From the NCBI GenBank assembly GCA_031385045.1, contig JANNBC010000033.1, forward strand, positions 1 to 47,947: DNA of 47,947 bases. The letters run 5' to 3'. Each line of letters opens with the position of its first letter. Positions within the stretch are counted from its first letter, which is position 1. Below, in pieces: positions 19,149 through 27,800 of the stretch. A model generated the notes under the pieces. It was not told the DNA's origin. It saw only the letters and a program-made list of their open reading frames with translations, and searched no databases. Source of the DNA: a bacterium. GTDB lineage: Bacteria > Bdellovibrionota_C > UBA2361 > CALJRW01. The position numbers were made by a program, and so were the translations under genes.

Positions 19149-19595
19149 TTAAAATCTGGAAGTGTTATAGGCAAAGTCACGAACTCTTTTTTGATCATCA
19201 AATTTAATAATTACTGTAAGAGTTTGCTGTGAGGTTCCAGTTGCTCCAGCATTTTTACTATATGATCCCAAGCCACCCCCAGCTACTCCTGGATCGGCAC
19301 CTAGAATTAAACCGAGAACACCACCAGAGCTTGTAGAATATGCTTTAGTTGTAGCAATCTTATCATAGATCCAAACTTCACGACGATTCTCATCAGTTGA
19401 AACAATATTGGGGGAGCCTAAGACCGACGCTACTTCGGCACCAGACATGCCAACTCGAATTTCTCTTTGAACTGTACCAACTGTTAGATTTCCACCAACA
19501 CCAGAAACTTCATTGATGTGGTTACCTGCGTTTACGCAGGAAGTAAGAAGCAATAAGCATCCCAAGATAGTTTTAATATGAATTGATTTAGTCAT
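19149..19595 (-). CDS. BamE/SmpA-OmlA-like lipoprotein
   Basis: Lipobox LTSC; IRVGMSGAEVASVLGSP, EVWIY and LTVIIKFD. Confidence 0.75.
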   Translation of the reverse strand: MTKSIHIKTILGCLLLLTSCVNAGNHINEVSGVGGNLTVGTVQREIRVGMSGAEVASVLGSPNIVSTDENRREVWIYDKIATTKAYSTSSGGVLGLILGADPGVAGGGLGSYSKNAGATGTSQQTLTVIIKFDDQKRVRDFAYNTSRF

Positions 19596-19752
19596 TGTGC
19601 AATCTGTATAAAGTATTATATCAACATCTTATACTAGAACTTCTAAAGTTCAAGTCATTGATAATTACCAAAAATTCCAAGGATATTAGTATTATCAAGT
19701 TAGCATTTAAACCGCAGTAAGGGTTAGGGATTTTCGAAATTAGGATTAAACT

Positions 19753-20601
19753 ATGACATTGCCAGTCAAACTCGATTTTGCCCAGTTCGGGTTAGCAACC
19801 GGGAGAGCAGTCTTTTTTTTCCATGGATGGCCGGGAAGTGCTAAACAAGGATTTTTTCTTGATGACGTTGCCAAAGAACTTGGCCTTAGGATTATTGCTG
19901 TTAATCGCCCTGGAATTGGAGGCACGAAGTTTGTTAGTGGTCGCAAGTTATTAGACTGGCCACCAATGATTGCCGAATTAGCTGCGGATTTAAAGCTTGA
20001 AAGCTATTCCATCATCGCTATTTCTGGAGGCGCTCCCTATGCTCTTGCTTGTGCTTATGCTGAACCTAAACTTTTAGATCAGGTTTTAATAGTTTGTGGA
20101 GCCCCATTATTTAAATTGATTTCAGGAACCAATAGTTTGTTTTGGGTTTATCGTGTTTTATTATTCTTCTACCGAATTAGCCCTTGGTTCTTATCAAAAT
20201 TAATTAATTTTTATGGAATAATTTGGCCACTTAAACTTCATCTTCCTTTTCTTAAACTCCTATCACTTAGCTTTTGCGAGAAAGATAAAAAAGTCTTTGA
20301 AAAACAAATTAATTTCAAAGTTATGCTTGATAGTATGCAAGATGAAATCCAAGCTGGGGGAGAGGTGCTTTTAACAGATGCCGAAGTCTATATTACAGAT
20401 CCTGGGTTTCTCTTGAGTGATATCAAGAAAAAAATTATTTGGTGGCATGGCCATAAAGATCTTAATATTCCAATTAAATATGCCAGAGAAATGACAGCCT
20501 TACTGCCTGATGTGGAGTTACATGAAACAGTAGATGATGGACATTTTTCAATTGCAATAACTGAGATGGATACAATTATCAGGTCAGTTTTTAAAAGCTA
20601 A
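19753..20601 (+). CDS. Alpha/beta fold hydrolase
   Basis: FHGWPGS, NRPGIG, nucleophile elbow AISGG, WHGHKDLNIP and GHF. Confidence 0.9.
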   Translation: MTLPVKLDFAQFGLATGRAVFFFHGWPGSAKQGFFLDDVAKELGLRIIAVNRPGIGGTKFVSGRKLLDWPPMIAELAADLKLESYSIIAISGGAPYALACAYAEPKLLDQVLIVCGAPLFKLISGTNSLFWVYRVLLFFYRISPWFLSKLINFYGIIWPLKLHLPFLKLLSLSFCEKDKKVFEKQINFKVMLDSMQDEIQAGGEVLLTDAEVYITDPGFLLSDIKKKIIWWHGHKDLNIPIKYAREMTALLPDVELHETVDDGHFSIAITEMDTIIRSVFKS

Positions 20602-20727
20602 GTCAAAGTAACTTCTCTGTTAAATCAACTTTACTTCAAATAGCGGAAGTTTAAGGCCCGCTTTTTAACTTTTTCCACTTTTAGTGTAGGATTGCCAAAT
20701 GGTTTTTTATATCAAGGATAAAATTAG

Positions 20728-21258
20728 ATGAGTCGTAAATTTGCATTTTTGGGGTGGATTATCGCCGCCGCGCTTGTTGGATTATATGCTGTTGATTTAA
20801 GGCCAGCAATTGTTAAAGAGGGTTCGTATATTGTGATTGGAAGAGTAGAAAATGCTTATATAGATGAAGCAAATATCTCTTTGAAAGCTCGCATCGATAG
20901 TGGGGCTGGGGTTACTTCAATTAATGCTAAAATTATTAAAATTCATAAATCAAAAACTAGTGGAGAGCCTGATCAGGTAACGTTTGAAATTGAAAACGAC
21001 GAGGGAGAGACTAAACAAATGACTAAGGATGTCTTAGAATGGATGAGAATTAAAAAAGTTGGCTTAGATGATTTTATCTCAAGACCTGTAGTTAAAATGG
21101 ATATTTGTTTAGGTGGTAAAAAGATTGAAGGAAGAGTTAATCTGTCCGATCGGAATCAATTTATTTATCCTGTTTTAATAGGGCGTAATTTATTAAAGAC
21201 AGGTAATTTTTTAATAAATCCTAAGCGCAAATTTACTAATGACCACGGTTGTAAGTAA
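20728..21258 (+). CDS. Retropepsin-like peptidase, DUF785 / 'ATP-dependent zinc protease' family
   Basis: IGRVE, ARIDSGAGVTSINA, RPVV, VNLSDRNQFIYPVLIGRN; N-terminal signal or anchor. Confidence 0.88.
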   Translation: MSRKFAFLGWIIAAALVGLYAVDLRPAIVKEGSYIVIGRVENAYIDEANISLKARIDSGAGVTSINAKIIKIHKSKTSGEPDQVTFEIENDEGETKQMTKDVLEWMRIKKVGLDDFISRPVVKMDICLGGKKIEGRVNLSDRNQFIYPVLIGRNLLKTGNFLINPKRKFTNDHGCK

Positions 21259-21264
21259 GGTCTG

Positions 21265-22773
21265 CTATTTCAGTTTTGCTAAAATCTGACTAGCAGTTTT
21301 CTCGCCTGTTTCTAGTGCTCCTTCCATAAAGCCTTGAAAATCTACGGAGCAATGTTCTCCACAAAAAAAGATATTATTTTCTGTCTTAGCTTCCAGTCCA
21401 GCTTTTCCTGCTTGTCCTGGACGATAACAAGCATAGCTTCCTAAGGTCAGTGGATAACTAGGCCAGTGCATCCGCACAGTTTTGTCTGGAATAAAATTAC
21501 TGGAAATACCTGGGAAGTTTATTTCTAGTTTTTGTAGTGAAACTTCAAATTGTTCTAAAGCCGTGCCCTGGTTGGAATTTAGACCGCGATTGCCACCAAG
21601 GAAATTTGTAATAATACCGGAAGTGCCAGGTTGGCCTCTGGATGTTTCCCAAATTGTCTGTACCGGGTCATCGGCAATTAATGAAAAATTATCAGTATGT
21701 TGATACCAAGGTCGAGCAGTAAAACCAGCCATAATTTTGGCATTAGTACCATATCCTAACTCTTGAATATGAAGGAGTTTCTCAGGGCTAAATCCCGCCT
21801 GACTTAAGTCAACTTGGCGAAGTAACGTAAAAGGAATAGCGATAACTACTAAATCATACAGACGATCAATAATCTTGGAGTCGTGCTGAAAGGATAATTG
21901 ATAGGAAGATCCTTGTTGTTTTAATGCTAGTAAACGATGTTCAAAGAAAGGCTCACTAGCAAGTTTGCTAGCCATTCCTTTGGCCATCTGATCATTTCCA
22001 TTTCTAATATGAAATCGCTCATCACTATCGCCAAATATTTTAAATTCCTCTGTGCTTTCAGGATCAATAAAATAAAGTAGTGAAATTGCCGACTGCTCTC
22101 CGACTTCTAGACCGAATTCACCAGTATAAGCATTGGCAAGTAATTTTTTGATTTTTGGGTCTATCCCATGTTGTAAGTCTAACCATTCACTAATTGTTAA
22201 TAAATCTAATTGTTGAAAATAATCAGGGTTTTTATCAGCTAAGTTTCTTTGGGTAAGAATATTTTGAGCTAAGGGTTTAAAGTTCTCTAAGATCCAAGCG
22301 GTACTTAAGATTTCTCCATCAACAATAAAGTGATCACTATCTTTAGTATTTTGACGACAATCATCTACTTGGAGACCAAGTTCGCTAGCAATTCGAAAAA
22401 CAGTTTTATGGTTACTATCAATTAACTCACCACCAAGCTCTGCTGTTTGTCCATCAGCAAAATGATTAGTTAAACTAAAGGTCCGGCCACCAATTCTACT
22501 AGAAGCTTCATAAAGGTCAGCCCTAATACCAGCTTTGGAAAGTTGATAGGCACAGTGTGTTCCGGCAAGTCCAGCTCCAATAATCGCAATCTTGGTTTTT
22601 GGTTTAGAGGCAGGTTTCTTGTGTGTGCTACAGGACATCAAAGGTGCTAGCGCTAAGCCTGTAGCACCAATCGCAATTCCTTGAAGTAATTTTCGACGTT
22701 CTAGATCAACCTCTGTTTTTAAAGATTGATTAGCTAAGGTACGAAGGCGTGAGAAAAGAAAATTGCGACTCAT
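21265..22773 (-). CDS. Flavin monoamine oxidase family protein, probable Tat export
   Basis: GAGLAG FAD motif, EASSRIGGR, AELGGELID and FCGEHCS...GFMEGA; N-terminal ERRKLL plus hydrophobic stretch plus LMSC. Confidence 0.9.
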   Translation of the reverse strand: MSRNFLFSRLRTLANQSLKTEVDLERRKLLQGIAIGATGLALAPLMSCSTHKKPASKPKTKIAIIGAGLAGTHCAYQLSKAGIRADLYEASSRIGGRTFSLTNHFADGQTAELGGELIDSNHKTVFRIASELGLQVDDCRQNTKDSDHFIVDGEILSTAWILENFKPLAQNILTQRNLADKNPDYFQQLDLLTISEWLDLQHGIDPKIKKLLANAYTGEFGLEVGEQSAISLLYFIDPESTEEFKIFGDSDERFHIRNGNDQMAKGMASKLASEPFFEHRLLALKQQGSSYQLSFQHDSKIIDRLYDLVVIAIPFTLLRQVDLSQAGFSPEKLLHIQELGYGTNAKIMAGFTARPWYQHTDNFSLIADDPVQTIWETSRGQPGTSGIITNFLGGNRGLNSNQGTALEQFEVSLQKLEINFPGISSNFIPDKTVRMHWPSYPLTLGSYACYRPGQAGKAGLEAKTENNIFFCGEHCSVDFQGFMEGALETGEKTASQILAKLK

Positions 22774-22985
22774 AGATAGGGTTTATAGAAAAGATGATAG
22801 CAGTGTTAATCTACAAGCTACCAGTAAAATTTCAAGATTTATTTTAGTGTAGGTTAAATATTCAGCCTGATCTAAGCCCAGTGTCTTCATATTGATTATT
22901 AACAATTTGCTTAAGGCTTTGTTTTGCCATAAATATAAATGGTGTTAGCTGATTTATCTAAGATACTCTTGGTTTATTAATAGTT

Positions 22986-23462
22986 GTGATGAATGATTCT
23001 GTTTTAACTGCTGTTAAAAATTTATATCAAGAATTTGGTGTCACGGACATAGAACCAATCTATGCCCTAATTGTAGATGATTGTAGGGAAAAGGAATTGG
23101 TTGAGAAGACAGGAAGTTTCTCAGGCTGCACCGCAATTTATCTCGGCGATTTTGATTTTCCAAGTATTCATCGAACACGTTTTACAGATCCTGATATGAT
23201 GGAGCAAATGCATGATGCTTTATGTGTTCATCCTGAAGAGTATGGATCTGACACCGAGTTCGATATAGGTAATCCGCTTTTATTAACTGAAACAGGACAA
23301 TTAATTTGGGGTATTGAAAGTTATTGGGCACCGATTGAAGGAAGCCCTGATCTCGCTCGAGCGCAAATTGATTATACTATGCTAGCACAGGCGTTTATTA
23401 GTAATGATGCGGTAGAAGGATTGCGAGCGATGTTGCTTGCAGAATCTGAATGTGATGACTAA
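22986..23462 (+). CDS. Hypothetical acidic protein (158 aa)
   Basis: Clean ORF, 5 nt upstream of the next gene; motif-like NPLLLTETGQLIWGIESYW. Confidence 0.7.
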   Translation: MMNDSVLTAVKNLYQEFGVTDIEPIYALIVDDCREKELVEKTGSFSGCTAIYLGDFDFPSIHRTRFTDPDMMEQMHDALCVHPEEYGSDTEFDIGNPLLLTETGQLIWGIESYWAPIEGSPDLARAQIDYTMLAQAFISNDAVEGLRAMLLAESECDD

Positions 23463-23467
23463 TCAGT

Positions 23468-23659
23468 ATGGATCTTGATATGAATTTTACTCGTAGAAAA
23501 ATCTTACTTGTTATTTGGATAGTCTCTATAGTCTTAGTCGGATTATTAGTGGCTCGAGCGACTGCCAGTATTGAATATGGACTAGCAGCAAGTCTTGCTA
23601 TTTTGGCAGTTTCGCTAGGTGTTCCTTTAATGCGTGCCTTGACTGAATTTTCTAAGTAA
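23468..23659 (+). CDS. Small two-TM membrane protein
   Basis: RRK followed by two hydrophobic helices; operon-like spacing. Confidence 0.65.
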   Translation: MDLDMNFTRRKILLVIWIVSIVLVGLLVARATASIEYGLAASLAILAVSLGVPLMRALTEFSK

Positions 23660-23687
23660 ACCTTTGGTCAATAATCTTGTAGCTAGC

Positions 23688-24314
23688 TTACATGAGCAGA
23701 TTTTTTAAGTTGATCCATTTAATAATTTCTGGAAATTCAGCTTGATAATTTGATTCTCCAGAAATAATTTTGTCAGATAATGCTTTGCTTGGTTCACAAT
23801 ATTTTTGGTGCATCGGCTCAACCGTACTATTCCATTGGGCATAAACATCTTCCGGCGTTCGTCCTCTCTCGACAATATCTCTGGCTAAGCGTCTTTGATA
23901 TCTTAATTCGCTAGGTGTCTCAATAAATAGTTTTAAATCAAGTAGCGGTAATAGCTCTTGGTAGCTTAATGTTAAGATGCCTTCTAAGATCACTAACTGT
24001 GTTACTGGTAACTTTGTACAATTTTTAGATCGAGTATGAGTTGTGAAATCATAGATTGGTGCAGCTACTTCTTCACCAGAACGTAGACTTGCAAGGTGCT
24101 TGATTAATAGCGAGACTTCGAAGGAGTCCGGGTGATCATAGTTAACATTAGCACGATCGCTTGGTATTAAGTGATCTTGACTCTTATAATAGGAATCAAG
24201 AGTAATCAACACAGGCTTAAAGCTTACAAGCTCCTCAAAAAGTTGTTTTGCAAAGACAGTTTTTCCACTGGCTGTTCCACCAGCAATACCAATGATTAGC
24301 ATTTTTATACTCAT
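23688..24314 (-). CDS. udk: Uridine kinase
   Basis: IGIAGGTASGKT P-loop, DSYYK, NYDHPD, PIYDF, ILEGIL, RRLARDIVERGR and VEPMH. Confidence 0.95.
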   Translation of the reverse strand: MSIKMLIIGIAGGTASGKTVFAKQLFEELVSFKPVLITLDSYYKSQDHLIPSDRANVNYDHPDSFEVSLLIKHLASLRSGEEVAAPIYDFTTHTRSKNCTKLPVTQLVILEGILTLSYQELLPLLDLKLFIETPSELRYQRRLARDIVERGRTPEDVYAQWNSTVEPMHQKYCEPSKALSDKIISGESNYQAEFPEIIKWINLKNLLM

Positions 24315-24464
24315 TTAATAATTTTGAGACTAAATTTAAGAAATTGATTATATACTAAATCTCCCAAAGCTAGAAATATGGCTAGCTTTTTTCTGGCAAA
24401 TTCCGGGACAAGAAGTCTATAGGAACTTTCACTTTGGACTGGATTACTAAGTACAATAATTTTA

Positions 24465-24540
24465 TAGTGAGGAAGTTAAGCGGTGCTTAAAGATTCTCTG
24501 CTTCCAAAGAAGCAATACTTGGGAGCTTAACTACTCACTA
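24465..24540. repeat. 76-nt imperfect palindrome (rod-like hairpin) in the udk/yfhM divergent spacer
   Basis: TAGTGAG-GA-AGTTAAGC pairs with GCTTAACT-A-CTCACTA; apical hairpin TGCTTC-CAAA-GAAGCA. Confidence 0.6.
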
Positions 24541-24805
24541 GCAAATAGCGCTTCCTTAATTTTTAAGCTAACTAGCTTTTTTTCTACATTGGGTTTCTAA
24601 GTAAGGCATTGAATTTATAATATAATTTAGGGTTAATCGGGCGGATCGCAGGTAGTAATTCGCAAATGAAAGATGGTGTGCAAAAGTCGTTGGGGTCAAG
24701 TTAGATTTTAAAATGAGGACCGAACAACTCATTAAGATTTGATTGTATGTCCTTAGTATTTAAGATACGATCCTCTGCAAATTTCATTTTGCTTGGAGTC
24801 TCTAT

Positions 24806-27800
24806 ATGCCTCAATCTTTAAGTTTTATTGCTAAACTTATTTCTCAGACTGTCTCAGTGATCTTTGGGCAAATTTCTTGGAATCCACCTAGCTGGTTAAA
24901 ACTTCTGGTCAAACCATTCCGTCGATTGGCAGAATATGATCACGCGCTTTATCTTGAGTCAAAATTAAAATTTTATTTATCAAAGTTATTCCTATTAGTA
25001 CTCTTAATCGCAGTAAGTTATCTTGTGAACTGGTATTTACATTTACCTGAGCCAGAATATACCTCGCTCCAAGTTATGGAAATTACACCAACGAATCTGG
25101 AACCTGGGAGTACCCCTAATCCGCTCTCAATAATTTTTGACACTTCGGCTGCTAAGATCGATTTGATTGGAAAAGAATTAAATAGTGAAATCATAGTGAA
25201 TCCACAAGTAGCTGGAAAATGGTTCTGGCGCAGTGATCGTAATTTAGTTTTTGAACCATTTACTGATTGGAAGACAGGCATTACTTATCAAGTAAAGCTT
25301 TCTCCAAAATTATTTACAAAAAACATTCTTCTTAAAGAATATCGCTTTGCATTTACGACGCCTAAAATTAATGGTTCGTTAGCTAAAGCTGAGTTTTATG
25401 AAGATCCCTTAGATCAAAAGCTAAAACAAGCTGTCGCCTCATTCAAATTTTCGCATCAGCTTGATAAATCAAGTTTTGAGAAGCACGTAACAGTCCAAGT
25501 TAAAGAAAAAAACAGTAAGGATTATTCTGCTCCTTTAGGATTTAAGGTCCTATTTAATGAGCGTGGGAATGAAGCCTATGTTCGATCGGAATCCTTGGCT
25601 ATTCCTAATCGTGATTCTGAAATTAGAGTTGTGATTACTCCCGGTGTTCAAAGTTTTTTAACTGGTGCCGGAACAGTGAATGAGTATCAAGCTTATGTTA
25701 ACGTGCCAGGTGCAGATAATTATTTTAAGATTCAAGAAGTTGAAGAACGAATAGTTTCTAATCCAGTAAATCATTTAGCTGAGCGATTTTTAATTATCTC
25801 TACTACCGCTCCAGCCAAATCTGCAGATTTATTTGAGGGTCTTTCTGTCTCAATTGTTGAGCCAAAAATCCGAGATGAGGAGTCTGGTTATTCTAATCCA
25901 GAGTGTTGGGACTCTCCCGCTGAAATACCAGGTCAAGTAATTGCTAAGTCCGAACAGCTGACGTTGACTGATTTATCTGATATTCAAAACCCGCTTTTAC
26001 ATTCTTTTAAATTTCAAGCTGACCCTGAAAAATGTTTATTAGTTAAAATTAAAGCTGGAACTCCATCACTGTCTGGCTTCGCCTTAAGCCAAGATAAATC
26101 TTACGCCCTGGAAACAAGTGCCTATCAGCGTGGAATTGAGATCTTGCATCAGGGATCTTTGTTGGCAGTTAGTGGTTCAAAAAAATTATCAATTTTAGGT
26201 CGCAATCAGCAAGCAGTTAAGTTTAAAATTCACCAAATCTTTCCGGACGCCATTAATCATTTACTAACACAAACCTCTGCTAACGGTAATTTTTCTTTAC
26301 CAGAATTTGAAAACTATAATTTTGGTCCAGAAAATATCTCTGAGGTTTTTAGTCAAATCAGTAGTTTTTCTAGTGCTGCCCCAGGTTTGCCACAATATAC
26401 AAATCTTGATTTTACTAACTTTGTAAATTCTCCCAAGGGCTATCGAGGCTTATTTTATTTAACTGCAACTGGCTATGATCAAGATACTCAGACTGAAACC
26501 GAGGGGTTTGATCAACGACTAATTTTAGTAACTGATTTAGGGATTATTGTTAAAACAGATCAAGCTAAAAATAGATCTGTCTTTGTCATGTCTTTTAGCC
26601 AGAATTCCGGAGTACCAAATGCTAAAATTAAAGTTTTAGGTAAGAATGGAGTCGCTATCTTTGAGGGCTTAACCGATATTAATGGACGAGTTGATTTACC
26701 ATTATTAAATGAACTGCAATATGACAAAACTGCTACGGCAATACTTGCCCAAGTTGGCGAGGATTTAAGCTTCATTCCTTGGAGTCGTTATGATCGACGC
26801 CTTAATTTCTCAAGATTTGATGTCGGAGGTCTATACACTAATGATTTGGCAAAATCACTTTCCGCCTATTTATTTAATGATCGCGGAATTTATCGACCGG
26901 GCGAGAGCGTTGAGTTTGGTTTGATTGTTAAAAATCAAGATTGGACTCCTATAGCGAAGCTTCCCTTAGAGCTAAGTATTATCAGTCCAACCGGTCGGCA
27001 AATTTTTGCAAAAAAATTAAATTTTTCAGAATCTGGATTTGAAAATTATAATTATCAAATATCAGAAGAAGCAAGCTTAGGGTTTTATGAACTTAATGTA
27101 ACCTTAATTGACGATCAGAAAAAAACTAGGACTGTCCTTGGTACTAGTACCTTTAAAGTTGATGAGTTTTTACCTGATCGCTTAAAGATTAAGGCTGAAT
27201 TTAATACGGAACAAAAAGCTGGTTGGATTAGCCCCAATAGTCTAAAGACTAACGTAAATTTAAGTAATTTATTTGGAACAGCTGCTGCTGGTAATAAAGT
27301 TAAAGCTAGTATTGGTTTATATCCAGGCCTGCCAGATTTTTCAAATTACCCAGGATTTATCTTCTCAGATCCACTGGAAACAAAAAAATCTTTTAATCAG
27401 GAATTAGGAGAGCAACTTTCTGATTTAGAAGGAAATGTAATCTTTGACTTGCAGTTACAAAAATTTGATCAAGGTAATTTCTTTTTACGTTTTGCTGTGG
27501 AAGGATTTGAAAAAGAAGGTGGGCGATCTGTTGGTACAACTCTTGGCAGTATTATTTCTCCATTAGATTATTTAGTGGGTTGGAAGCCACAAACAGATTT
27601 TAATTTTATCAAATTAAACGCCAAGGCTTCTGCTAAAATCTTAGCCGTAAATCATGATTTAGAAAAAATTGCGCTTACAAATCTTAAGTTACAGCGTGTT
27701 AAGACAGAATATGTCTCAGTTCTTGCTAAACAGCCTAATGGCAACCTGGCCTATACCGCAGTTAAAAAACAAATTCCCCTAGAGACAAAAGAGCTTAGTT

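Noticed and set aside
24465..24540. SRP RNA (GGAAGCAG on the minus strand)
   Set aside because: The CAGG...GNRA...AGCAG domain IV arrangement is absent; kept only as an unclassified hairpin.
24631..24700. GC-richer patch resembling the RNase P RNA 5' end or a c-di-GMP-I riboswitch
   Set aside because: Lacks the RNase P GAGGAAAGTCC motif, and the riboswitch stem around GAAA cannot pair.
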